This document shows, one piece after another, positions 23,981-35,849 of a DNA stretch of 64,000 bases. The notes under the pieces are model-generated. The model saw nothing but the letters and a program-made list of their open reading frames with translations, had not been told where the DNA came from and made no database searches. Origin of the DNA: Lama guanicoe (taxonomy: Eukaryota); assembly GCA_013239625.1 (NCBI GenBank), contig MU053934.1, forward strand, positions 2,498,399 to 2,562,398, in the 5' to 3' direction. Position 1 is the first letter of the stretch; every line of letters begins with the position of its first letter. The translations under genes and the position numbers were made by a program.

Positions 23981-25971
23981 CGCCCCGTACTGCCTGGGGC
24001 CTGCCGCCCCCTCTGGCAGAGAAGACACTCCCTCGTGGGCTTGGCTGGGGCGGGGCGAGCCCGCAGGCAGATCAAGGGTGTGACTTATGGTTTAAGAGGC
24101 GGAGACTCGGTGTCCCCCACCCTGGCACTGCCTGCCCTGTGGCAGGCACTCAATGAACTGCAACTGCTTTCCTCAAGAGAGCTCACAGGGACCAGGGTGC
24201 ACACACGCCCACAAGAGTTAAAAACAAGTGCCGTACAAATGGTGGAGGCGAGTATTTACCCCGTGGGTGTGGAGAGGAAGGGTTTCACACAGGAAGTCAG
24301 AAGCTCACCCGTGGAGAACACTGGCAGAAGCTGGAGGTGGGGTGACCCAAGAGGCACGGAGGGAAAGACGGGCGGGCTTAGCCTGGGTGGGGTGGAGGCC
24401 CCGCAGGGGAGAGGAGGGCAGAGTCAGGCGCCGGGCATGTGCACACATATGGACAAAGCAGGGGACCCCAGAGACCGTCTTCTCCAACCACCTCTTCTAC
24501 AGATGTGGGAACTCGGACTCAGAGTGAAGTGACTAGTTGAAGGGCACCTGGTTCACTGCAACCTTAGCCTAAAAGAAATACCAGGGTTCCTCTTATTAGG
24601 AAGTTAGGTCCAAGCCACTAAGGAGTAGTATTGTGGCAGATGTCTCTGTGTTTCCTTCAAAAAGGAAAGCTATCTGGCAGCAGCCTTGTGACTTTGCTCT
24701 GGCATTTTAAGAGCCTTTCCTCAAATCTGTACTTCACGAAGGGAGGGAGGAAGGAGTTGGGGAGGTCAGTTAAGTGACAAATGCAAAATAACAGGCAGAA
24801 CAAGTAGGGTCCTGATGTCTGTGGGACCCAGAACTGAGCGAGAAGATAGGCTGCGCCTGACAGCAAAATGAGTGCAAAGGAGGGGGAGTCAGAGATGTTG
24901 GAGGCTCTGAGCCTCAAAGAGCGGGAGAGAAAAAGTTGATGAACGGACAAGCCAGAGGTAATGACAAACATGGACATCGGAAGGACAAGGTGGTTTAGCA
25001 AACGAACAAAACCAAACAACAATGGAATGGGAGTCACAGTAGGTTTTGGGAATTATTTTTAGAGTTCAAGGAGGCTTGGAGTTGGCAGAATTCTAAGATG
25101 CCCCCCAGTGACCCTTGCTCTTGTGGAATCTACTATCCTGGAGTCCAGATGGAACCTGTGACTATGATGAAATACCCACAATCATGCTACCTCACATCAA
25201 AAATGATTCTGCAGATGGAATTACGGTCCCTTAAGACAGGGAGACCACCAGGGGGGCCTCCCCTAACCACACGGGTCAGACATCGGCTCTCTGAGGGCCT
25301 AGCACAATGGCCCCTGTGCTCCGTCTCACAGGGCCCTCGTTCAACACAGCCTCGGCGTCGAGCTGCCCTTCCCACTGGGCACCCTTTCTTCTACACAGCA
25401 GCACCCAGGAGCACTGCCAGCCATTTCAAATTCAGGCCTGTGCAGTTTCAGAAAGGAAAACAGCCCAACCATCATGGCGCACCAGCCTGAGAGAGAACAG
25501 AAGGTGGAGGAAAAATGAAGAAAGCACATTTCTTTCAAGATGCTTCCTGAAGAGCCAAATCTGAGCTAATCTGAGAACCTCTGAGTTCAGTAAGGAAAGG
25601 AGTTGGAAAAAGGGCATCAGCAGGTTGAAGACGCAGGAGTGGCTGCAGTGAAAGAACAGGTCAGGAAGAGCTGCCTGGCTTCCAGGAAAGCTGCCCGCCC
25701 AGATCCTAAGGAGAGACCACAGTCACGCCTGCAGAGAACGGGAGCCGGCGGCAGGGCGGGATGGAACAGAGACTGAAAGCCCTGGGAGAAGGCAGTTACC
25801 CTCACACACAGTCCCTTTCTCAGTGAGGACCTAAGTGGGGGAAAAACCCAGAAGACAAAAGAAAAAAAATCTTGGTAGCTCTCCAAGTAACGAGAGGGGA
25901 AAGATTCCACGCTGGTTCTGAGTGCTAGCCCATGATGCAGTGCCCGCGGCGGGCGCCGGAGGCGCGCTCAC

Positions 25972-26101
25972 CCTGGAGTCCCATTCGTTGAGCGTCTTGA
26001 TGTTGATAAAGGACACCTCGCCGTTGGCTCCGGTCATGACGCCGTCGTGCTCACAGCGGACGATGAGGTCGATGTCGTCTCCAAGCTTCCACCTGCGGTA
26101 G
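25972..26101 (-). CDS. EIF3D: EIF3D exon 12 (YRRWKLGDD...NEWDSR)
   Basis: ctgcag|C ... CAGG|gtgagc; 130 nt. Confidence 0.96.
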
Positions 26102-26191
26102 CTGCAGTAAAGGAGGAACCCCTGGTCACCCGAGATCCTGGATGTCAGACACACCACCCACAAGGGGCGGGGCACCAGAGACGTGACCTAC

Positions 26192-26277
26192 CGGTACGCA
26201 ACAGAGGCGATCTCACTCTTGTCCATGTCGTCCTCCACAAACGGGTTTGGGTTGGGGAAGTTGTACCTCTCCTTCCC
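26192..26277 (-). CDS. EIF3D: EIF3D exon 11 (GKERYNFPNPNPF...ASVAY)
   Basis: ttgcag|GGG ... TACCG|gtaggt; 86 nt; followed by a 90-nt intron. Confidence 0.96.
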
Positions 26278-27008
26278 CTGCAAAAATGCCAAGGTGTCAC
26301 GAGACAGCACCAAGTCACCGCCAAGGCGGTCAGCCAGGCCCCGCAGCTCTGCTTAGTCACAGCCCTGGCCGCATCCCTGGTGCCTCTGAGGGGGCTCCAA
26401 GCTCACTGTGCGCCCATTTACCCTTTCCCAGCACAGGCAGGCACCCGTGAATCACAACCAGTGTCACAGCGAGCGTTTAGCCTGTGCTTCCGTTTGTCGA
26501 CCTCGTGCTTTATCTACCTCACTTAACCACGCCCTTCCTGTTCTGGTTTTCTCCACAGCATGCGGCCATTTGTCACCGCACACGTGCATTTAGGGCTTAT
26601 TGTCTTTCCTCTTCTGTTACAGTGAAGCTTCCTAAGGGCAAGAACTGTGCTTGGCTGGCTGATGTATCCCCAGCTCCTGAACAGTGTATCTGTATTGGAC
26701 ACAACAGTGTATCTGTCAAATAACTGAAGAAACCATCACAGTGTAGCCGTGTGAGACCAGTAGTACTAGTTTTCTAATTTTACAGAGAAGAAACATGCTG
26801 GACACGGCAAGCTGAACAGTGGTGGACCTCGGGTTCAGAGTCAGGCGGTATGACCTCAGAGCCCAAGCTTGGATCTCCTGTGACAGGCAGGGACCCCATC
26901 TGTCCTGCCCCCCAGCCCCCCACCAGAGCTGACGACGCAGCAGAGGCTCAATAAACAGAAGCTGCAGTTAACAAAACACAACACGCGCCTGGGCGCCGCG
27001 GCGCTCAC

Positions 27009-27139
27009 CATCCTCAGGCACTGCTGGGAGAAGTTGTGGTTGATGTAGGTCGCTTCCATGGCCAGGTTGCGGGGCGAGTTGAAGGAGTTACCTTCGTCCT
27101 GAGGGGGCTCGTTGGCCGTCTCGCTCACCGTCAGGAGGT
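27009..27139 (-). CDS. EIF3D: EIF3D exon 10 ([11 protein letters not shown]...QQCLRM)
   Basis: ttgcag|AC ... ATG|gtgagc; 131 nt. Confidence 0.96.
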
Positions 27140-27887
27140 CTGCAAAAGCGGTGGCACAGTCACCCACCCAGGAAACAGAGGGTCACCGAGGACGTGCACG
27201 GCCCCTTGGGGAGACGTGGCGATCCAAACCACACAGGCCTTTCCTCCAAAGAACCGCCAGCTGCTAGTGGGGGTCTCCCGAGCGCGGGACACACTGGGGA
27301 GGGAGCAGGGAGCGCTCCTGGGTAACTTTAGATACTAAGATTAAATTCAATTGCAATCACGTTGGAAGAACGCTATCCCTTTTCGCTCTTTTTGGATTCT
27401 TCAAGAGAATGATTTTATTAGCTTTTTAACAAAGGCAAGGAATGTAATCACGTTGTTTGGCTTCACTCTTATTTTTGAGTGACTGGTTTTCGCTCAGTGT
27501 CTGTGCACACACATGTGTGTATGGGATAAGACATGCATATGCATTTCTTCTTTCTAAATACATGGATGAAAAAAAAGGCATCATTTAAAGAAAAACATTA
27601 AGAACTAAAGGTGGTATGGAAAGATGGCAGAAGGCAGGAAAATGCTATTGAAATGAGTAACAACCAGAAGCATGGTGTTGGGGCGCTGTGAGGACTCAAG
27701 ATGCTGATGCCCTGACAAGGTCTGCAGTGACAGTCCCTTCTCGTGTCTTTGAGGAGGCTGGGGATTCTGACAGGGCTGTCAATGCCCATGAGGACACACC
27801 ATCTTCCACCTATCCTCTACCCCAGGGAATTATTCTGGACCAACAAGAACACTCAGCGCATGTGTTGTTCCCAGACAAGCTTCTTAC

Positions 27888-28035
27888 CAAAGTCAGAGTT
27901 GTCCCTCTTGTCAAAGAAGAGCTTGGACCCGACTCTCTGGACGACAATGTCCCAGGAATACACGGAGCGGGTGCAGCTCATCAGTGTGGCCAGAATGGCA
28001 TCCGTGGCAAACACATTCCCCTGAGTTTTTGCCAG
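27888..28035 (-). CDS. EIF3D: EIF3D exon 9 (LAKTQGNVF...KRDNSDF)
   Basis: ttgcag|CTG ... TTTG|gtaaga; 148 nt. Confidence 0.96.
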
Positions 28036-28531
28036 CTGCAAAGAAGACAAGAGAAAGCTGTGAGGCCCATTTACAGGCGGGAGGACACCCCTGTAAGGAG
28101 CCCTCTGGTTGTCTGAGTACGGCTGCAGCAAGCAAGCTAGCGAGCCCAGGATCCGGGGAAGCGCAGCTCACCGAGAGCCCGCTACACCCCAGGAGAGCAC
28201 TGCACAACACTATCATCCTCACTGCGAGGCCTTAAGCACATTTACCCCAATTTACAGATGAGAAAACTAAGGCCCCAGAGGTGAAGCTGGGAAGCATGGC
28301 GGAGCTGGGATCTGGGACAGCTTCACTCAATACCAACACTTCCAGTCTGGCCGGTGACAGTGCCTTCATTTTCATCTAATCCTAAGTCGATTTAGAAGAG
28401 TCTTATCTACAGGGGCTTCCGAGGCCCAGCCGACTCACGTACATCCCCGCGCCCCCTTCTCTCTCTGCGGCCTCAGCCATGGAGGCCGGCAGCACCCGCA
28501 GCGGGCGGACGAGGGGTGGGGGGGCGCCCAC

Positions 28532-28664
28532 CTTCCGGATGACGGGGTCGTCTGTGGTGGTGACGGTGTGGAAGATGCGCTTGATGCTCCGCAGCGGCTT
28601 CTCGCTCCTCGTGGTGATGCGATCGAAGGCTTTGTCGTAGTACTCCAGGGCCCCGCAGCACTCG
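28532..28664 (-). CDS. EIF3D: EIF3D exon 8 ([10 protein letters not shown]...DDPVIRK)
   Basis: cctcag|C ... AAG|gtgggc; 133 nt. Confidence 0.96.
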
Positions 28665-29055
28665 CTGAGGGGAGAGCAGGCAAGTCACGCACGTGAGGGG
28701 CAAGACCCCTACTCCTTTTCTGCTAAATCATGGAATCCGAGTCTTTCCCAAAGGTTGAGAGAGATGAAAGCAGCCTCTGACTCGACTCCCACTGCTTGCT
28801 CAGGTCCCTGTCCCCTCGGCTCCTGACGCGGCTCCACAGAACACAACCGATTTGGCTCAAGCTCCCCGTTTTAAAGACTGGGAGACTGAGGCCAAGACAG
28901 GGAGAGGAGCAGTTACAGGCCCCCAGCAGGGGCACTGAGTCCAGTGTGGGGCTTTAGCTCCCCCTAAGTTACTTCCACCCACGGGCCCTTTGAGGTAAGG
29001 AGCTCTCTGAAGTGTCAGGAAGAGCTCTGCCTTTCTTCAAGAACTGCTGACTTTC

Positions 29056-29274
29056 TCTTTCTGCCCAAAGAGCTACAGAACTTAGCTTTCTCTTTTGCTC
29101 AGAATTTCAGGAAGCAGAAAGAAATTTGGAGTTTAATATCAGCAAATTTCTTTCTGCTTTCTTCCCTTTTTCTTTCTGCCAAAGAGTTCTACAACTTAAT
29201 TTTTCTTTTGCTCACAATGCCAGGAAGTTGAGAGCTGAAGTTTAATATCAGTAAACTTCTTTCTGCTTTTCCCC
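29056..29274. repeat. Diverged ~115-bp tandem duplication; copy 1 contains a perfect 17-bp inverted repeat
   Basis: Copies start tctttctgcc(c)aaagag at 29056 and 29171 and share cttttgctca, caggaag, agtttaatatcag and ttctttctgcttt. Confidence 0.9.
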
Positions 29275-29442
29275 ACTTCACACTGATGTTTTAAAATGCA
29301 TCTGTTAAGACTGGGCAAGACCTTTTGAGTTAAGGGGCTTCAAATCCTTTTTGGAAACACTAGGGCTTAGGAAACAGTCATCACCCGCTGGTCCATACAC
29401 ACAGATAGGAGCGCGGCGGAGCGAGTAAAGGCCGTCACCTAC

Positions 29443-29555
29443 ATGTCCTGTGGCTCTGACACTTCCAGGTAGCGCATCTTCATTAACTGAGGAAAATCCA
29501 TCTCCTCTTTCACCTCCCAGTCACTGCGGACCTCCACTGAAGAGTCTCGGGGTTT
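29443..29555 (-). CDS. EIF3D: EIF3D exon 7 (KPRDSSVEVRSDW...VSEPQD)
   Basis: tgacag|AAA ... GACAT|gtaggt; 113 nt. Confidence 0.96.
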
Positions 29556-29964
29556 CTGTCAGAGAAAACCATCGGAGGGAAGAAATTACAGCCAGTGCAA
29601 ACCATAAGCAAAAGGCAGGTTAACAGCATGAAGAGTTATATTCGCTAAATATATCCTGAACATTTACTGCATGCTGGCTCTTTTCTAACAGAGTCCCTGA
29701 CTCTTAGGAGCTCACAGTCTAGAAGAGGACTGAAGGGACAAAGGTTCAGAAACAAATGGGAATTCTATTCCTTGGTAATGAAGTCATCCCAGAAACATCA
29801 ACTCTTTTGTATTTCTGTTTTATGGAGGAGCTGTAACAGGTCCTTTATATCGCTCCTAGGGTATTAGCTATTTATTCTTACTGCTACAGCAATCACCCCC
29901 AGCAAAATGTAACTTCCACAACTGTAGCTTCACTTTTACAGAGGTCTTCTCCTCTCACAGTGTC

Positions 29965-30445
29965 CACACACACACAGTTGTACAGGAACATTCAGAGCAG
30001 CATCATTTACAATAGCAAAAAGTAAAAGCCACCCCGATGTCCGTCAGCAGTGAATGGATAAACAAAATGTGGTATATCCATACAATGGAATTTGGCAATG
30101 AAAGGAATGAAGTGCTGACGCAGCTCCAACATGGATGAACCTTGAAAACACGATGCTCAGTGAAAGGAGCCAGTCACAAAGACCAACTGTTATCATTCCA
30201 TCTGTATGAAATGTCCAGGCAGGCAAATCCACAGACAGAAAACAGATGACGGGTAGCCTAATGCTGGGGAGAATAGGGACTGACGGGTACAGGGAACGGG
30301 GCTTCTTTCTAGAGCGATGAGCATGTTCCGAAGTTGACTGCAGTAACGGCTACAGCGCTCTGTGAATACACTAAAACTGGACTGTACACTTTAAATGAGT
30401 GAATTGTGTAGCATGTGAATGACACCTCAAAAAGCTGTTATAAAA
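29965..30445 (+). mobile_element. Old L1 (L1MB/L1MC-like) 3' end fragment
   Basis: gaatggataaacaaaatgtggtatatccatacaatggaat...acatggatgaaccttgaaaacac...ctcaaaaagctgtt. Confidence 0.8.
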
Positions 30446-30497
30446 CCCAACAAATTAAATGAAATTCCTGGACAGAATTCCGGTATGCATATACTAC

Positions 30498-30570
30498 CTG
30501 TGATTTTTGGTCCCACTTCTGCCTCACTCCAAATTGTTTCTGGAACTTTTTCTGCAATCGTATGCGTTCT
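30498..30570 (-). CDS. EIF3D: EIF3D exon 6 (ERIRLQKKFQKQFGVRQKWDQKSQ)
   Basis: ttccag|A ... CAG|gtagta; 73 nt. Confidence 0.96.
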
Positions 30571-31002
30571 CTGGAAAGACAGGAAAAGCACATGGTTTTA
30601 CCTGATCACTGATCAGCTATAGCTTGTTCTACATATAGAACCCGGCCAGGTCTGCTCTCCTGCACAGCTCCAGGGGCTCACAAGACCCAGTGTGAATGGC
30701 CCCCCTGGAGTTGTGCCACAGCAGACCTGAGCCTAGGCAAGCTCCAGAATCTCTTCCTATCTGCCTCTGTTTCCCCTCAGTGCACATGCCCATTGCAAGT
30801 AGTTTCCTGCTCATGCTCTCTGCCACGAATGGCCCTTGGAGAACGACACCAGGGCAGAATCAGTGGCTTAACTGGCTCTAGGAAGGCTTTCTGTTTTTTT
30901 GCAATGGTGGGGAAGATGACTCTTCTCCTGCTTTGGCCTAGTGATATCAGAGTGCAGTCAGTCCTGGAAGGATAACTTGTTCCAGAAGGATGGGCACCTC
31001 AC

Positions 31003-31088
31003 CTCTCCTTCTGCTTGGCGCTCTTAGGCAGGGTCTGCAGGTTGAATTGCACCATGTTCCGTCGATCTTTGTCTCTGCGGAGGTTCCG
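31003..31088 (-). CDS. EIF3D: EIF3D exon 5 (RNLRRDKDRRNMVQFNLQTLPKSAKQKE)
   Basis: tcccag|CGG ... GAGAG|gtgagg; 86 nt. Confidence 0.96.
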
Positions 31089-31256
31089 CTGGGAATTAGG
31101 AAAAAATATCCATGTTAAAATCCTGGAGATCTGACTTACAATTGGCAGTGCCTAATGGGAGGTCATTACCACAAGTTTAGGATGCAAAAGCCAAGGTGCA
31201 CATTTTACGCTGTGCTTTTATAGAATCAACATCTGGGGGTTTTAGGTGAGTAAGTA

Positions 31257-31730
31257 GAGGCATACCTCAGAGGTATTTTGGGTTTGGTTCCAGACCACTG
31301 CAATAAAGTGAATGTTGCAATGCAGCAGGTCACACAAATGTCTTGGGCATATAAGTTACGCTATACATGTAGTTTATACTATACTGTAGTCCGTTAAGTG
31401 TGCAATACCATCATGTCTAAAACAACCAATGTACAACCTTAATTAAAAGATACTTTATTGCTAAAAAATGTTAACCATCATCTGAGCCTTCAGTGAGTTG
31501 TAGGAGTAACATCAAAGATCACTGACCATAGCTCACCATCACAAACACAACAATAATGAGAAGTTTGAGATATTGCTGAGAATTACTAAAATGTGACACA
31601 GGAACATGAAGTGAGCAAACGCTGTTGGAAAAACAGCACCAAAAGACTTGCTCGAAGCAGGGTTGCCACAAACCTTCAATTTGTAAACAATGCAGTATCT
31701 GTGAAGCGCAGTAAAATGAGGTTATGTTTG
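31257..31730. mobile_element. Internally deleted Tigger1-family DNA transposon (Tigger1a-like)
   Basis: Degenerate TIRs (aggcatacctc ... gaggttatgtttg) flanked by TA at 31255-31256 and 31731-31732; Tigger1 end sequence ggttccagaccactgcaataaag. Confidence 0.8.
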
Positions 31731-32152
31731 TACTTGGAATTAGCTTAGACTTATATTCACACACACATTTTTTATTGAAGTAGGTTTACTGGCTCTTATT
31801 AGAGCTATTCAGTTTGCCTCTTTATGTAATAAGGTACAGCCCAACTGGACCATCTACTTAATAAATCTTGCACACAGCAATTAAGTGAGGCAATAGACCA
31901 AGACGCACCTTTTCATCCAGCACAAACATCCATTCTTAGCACAGATGTCCTGGTCAACAGAAATCTAAACTATTAAACTCATCCCCAGACCCAGTACCCA
32001 TTTACTTTGGCATAATTTGTCACTGAACAGCTACTTGGGATTCACTATAAGACCCACGGTAACACGCTTTCCTCTCATCAGTACTCACACAGTAGCATTT
32101 TTAGCAGCAGCGGACAGCCCCTAGATAGTCAGACTGCTGGCTCTTGGCCTAC

Positions 32153-32289
32153 CTGTGCAAATCGCATCCGATTCCGCTGGTAGGCGGTCTTCTGTGTGCG
32201 CACCGTATCCACCAGCTGGAAACTAGTTTCATCTTCCTCATGGAAGTAAGCATACTGACTTCCACCTCCAAACTGAGAGGAGTACTTAT
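32153..32289 (-). CDS. EIF3D: EIF3D exon 4 ([15 protein letters not shown]...RMRFAQ)
   Basis: ctccag|AT ... CAG|gtaggc; 137 nt. Confidence 0.96.
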
Positions 32290-32344
32290 CTGGAGGCAAA
32301 AGGGACAGTGTGTAACAACCTCACCCACAGACTTTACAAACACA

Positions 32345-32522
32345 TAGTGGTCTAAAGCCTCATTATTTATAAAGTGTGGTCTCAGGACCCACCTCATTGG
32401 CTGGGAGCATCTCAGACGTACAGACTCACAGCCTCACCCCAGCCCACTGAGGCAGAATCAGCACTTTAATAAGATCCCCAGATGATTCATATGCATATTC
32501 AAAAGTTTGAAAAGCTCTGGTC
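32345..32522. mobile_element. MER5A-like hAT-Charlie MITE
   Basis: aaagtgtggtc...gcagaatcagcactttaataagatccccagatgattcatatgca...agtttgaaaagctctg. Confidence 0.6.
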
Positions 32523-33162
32523 CAATGAACTTTCTAAGACAGAGTCTGAGGAGCTCAAGACAAGTCCATTCAACTCTGCCTTATTCTACAAAAATATGAG
32601 TTAAAATGTACTCTCAGGAGAGGCAAGTACGCAGTATAAGCATCATCACTGTCACCATCTGGTGCCCAAGGCAGACATGTCTAATGGGCTACATTTTACC
32701 TTCCTGCTAACCTCAGACTCAGCCAGTCTTAACTTGGTACTCCATGGGGCCACCTCCAACTGTCTCAGCTGGCACAGAGGTAAAATCCAATCTCCTGTTC
32801 CAGGATCTTAAACCAGGAGTTTTAAAACTGGGATCCATTGACTGGCCTCACAGATACAAGCAGTCCCAAATCATGAAATGCAAAATGGGAATGTGTTCAA
32901 CAGACTTGTAAAAGGGGCCATGGCTTCCCAAAAGTTGGGGGAAAAAAAATCCCACTATAATAGGTCAAACCTCTTTAATGACAATCCAACTTTGAGGCTA
33001 CTTCCAAAAATATGTGGATAGTTTCTAGAGTCCAGAATATGCCCCTAAAAACTATGAATTATCAGCGTTTTGTTCCAATTCTAGAATGATTTCAGGGGGA
33101 GGTTACTGGAAGTAACAATCCCCCAAGGCCCTGATCCAAGCAGTCAGGGGGAGAATACTTAC

Positions 33163-33208
33163 TTGTGTACCTCTTATCTTGGTACGTGGCACCTGTCCAG
33201 TCTGCAAC
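33163..33208 (-). CDS. EIF3D: EIF3D exon 3 (VADWTGATYQDKRYT)
   Basis: tactag|GTT ... ACAA|gtaagt; 46 nt. Confidence 0.96.
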
Positions 33209-33486
33209 CTAGTAAGAACAATGAGGAAAGACAGGGAAGGGAGCATAGGTCAACCAGGCAAGTTTCTGCTGACCCAGAACCCACCCCTCCTCCAAAGTAA
33301 GGACACAGTGTGAAGAAGAACCAGGAGCACTGGCTCTGGATGGCTCTGTAAGAGCTCAGCTCTTCTACGACCACTGGAAGTACCCAGAGCTTGTAACCCT
33401 TATGCTTTTGAGAGAATAAAACTGAAATGAACTCAGAGCAGCAGCCACAGCTTAAAAGACTCAGACCCCCGTGGACAAGCAAGTAC

Positions 33487-33609
33487 CTTTCCTAGCCGAT
33501 CTCCTTTGCTGAATGGCTGGTAGGGCATATCCCGAAACTGCTCAGGAACCGCACAGGGACCCCAGCCGGAGGGGTTGTCCTGGATCACGGGTGTCATAAA
33601 CTTTGCCAT
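33487..33609 (-). CDS. EIF3D: EIF3D exon 2 coding part ([18 protein letters not shown]...GDRLGK); eukaryotic initiation factor 3 subunit D, cap-binding
   Basis: Acceptor tttaag|GTTTTAGAAG (exon starts 33619), Kozak AAGATGG, donor AAG|gtactt; 123 nt. Confidence 0.97.
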
Positions 33610-35849
33610 CTTCTAAAACCTTAAAAAAATACAAATAATATAAGTAGCTCCACGAAGAAAAGCCTGAAGGTTAAAAAAAAAAAAAACAGGCTTCCATTTG
33701 AGGATAAGCTAAGACACAAATTATAAAATTTAAAAAGCAACACACAAAATGGAACCATCAACTGTTGAGCTACTCCCAGCTTAATGTTTTCTTGTAAACA
33801 ATATTGTGACTATTTAAACTCAGAAGACTGCTAACCAAACTGATTTATCATGTTTCATTGATTTTTTTTCCCACTGTAGTATCTTTGAAATGAGTTTGCA
33901 CCTTATGCTTGATGGGGTGTCATATCTTAATTGGCAATTTTTTTTCTTAGTATTATATGAAATAATTGTGCTTCTTAAATTCAGCGGTGTCTCAGATTTG
34001 ATGAAATGTAGTTAACTTTTTTCCAAGTGTAATAACCATGTTCTAGTTCTCATAAACACCTTCACCAAGGCGTACAATATTTTACTTCCCTAAACCTCTC
34101 TTCGTCTGTAAAATAAATAGGATACTGGTTTTGCTTCTATCAGAGGCTCACTGTGAAAGCTGTAGTAGTTAACATATGTGGAAATGCTTCCATTGTAAAA
34201 TGCCACACCATTAACACTCAGTCTTGCAAAAATACATTTACACACAGTGCTGAGAAAAAAAAAAAAGACTCCGTGAGTATATCCTGAAATTCACTTTCCT
34301 GTCATCCTTCCACTTTTTTGTCATCAATGCAAATCCTCATGCAGAGCAAGTGGACACAGAGTCAAGCAAAAGGCCCACCAGAAGGCTGAGGAGACCACCA
34401 GAAACCTTAGGTCATAAAAGGGGGCCATGCAGCCAATGTTCATAAATGTTAGGAGTACCAGGCATGTTCTCAGTGCTTCCCATGCATAAATTAACTCCTC
34501 CCAACAATCCTGAGGTAGGGCCAGTATTATCCCCACTCTCCAGGTAAGAATACTGAAACAAAGAGAAATCAAGACATTGCCCAAAGTCGCAACACCAACG
34601 GATGAAAGATTTGAATCCAGGTAAACTGGTTCCAGAGTCCACCGTTAGGGCTCCTCTCGGGAGAGTAAAAACCAGGGGCTGCAGACAGATGTTCACCTGA
34701 CAGTTCCTATGAAAAATGTATGCATTTATCATCCAGGGTAATCCTCTGAAAATGCTCAGCAGTTGAGTTCCCAGGGGAAACTTCATGACACAAATATTGT
34801 TGGAGTCTGGAGAGCAATCAAAGAGTACAGGGTACTAAATTTAGTAAACTCTTTTCATTGCTCCATGGTAAGGAGACTAAGACTTCCTACAGAGATGACA
34901 CTTGGGTGACAGCAACAGGGAATAAATCTGGGAGCTCCATCCTCCAACTTGAACTTAAGTTACAACACAAGAAGAGGCCTGAGGGAAGGGCTGGTGGTCT
35001 CAAAGCAATTCACGTTAAACACTTATCAAGCTTCTACAACGTGTCAGATGCAACACAACTAACACCTCCTCACCCCGATTTTCGAGATAAAAATGTGTAG
35101 TTCAGCCAAATCAAGCAGTTGATCTGTCCATCATTTAAAAATAGATTTGATTTCCAGGGTTGTCTCCCCGAAACCCAACACTCTTCCTATTATTTTATAG
35201 CTGGACAGCAGCCTGAAAAGATCTGGGATTTCAGACCATATGTGACAACATGGTAAGACATCTCAAAACACACTTACAAAAATCTACTTGTTCTGTCAGA
35301 GATGGAGGGAAACAGGCCCAAGGCTTGACATACATTTTTCTGGGTGGAGGGGGACGACGATGGGGGCGAGGGGGCGGGGGAGGAAGTCACCTGGTTTCAA
35401 TGTAAAATAAGAGTGAGCAGAACTGAACCAGTTGGAGAAACTTTCAGTTAAAACGGAGTGACAGCTGTACTGGCTACGGGGGCAGTCTCAGGAGCCTTGT
35501 GGCTGGCAGGCCATGGTACTATCTACATTATCGTGGCTACTGCAGATCATACACCAACAATTCCTGGGGGGCGTTGAGAGTTTCAGATCAGAGATCAATC
35601 TACTCCATCCCAGTCTTCCATTTCACAGAAAAGGAAAGGAAACATCTGGATCGTGAACTCCGCCGAGCAGGGACGGACACCGCTCATCCCGGCACCCCCA
35701 GTATCTCACTCGTAGAAACTCAAGGAGCCGTGGACCACTTTAAAGACCCTAAGCCTCAGCTGGGTTAAGTGACATGATCACATTTGCCCAGCCTGTGGGC
35801 GCTAAGCGGAGTCCAGGGCCAGGGAATCTCAGCCACACTGCTGTACCGG

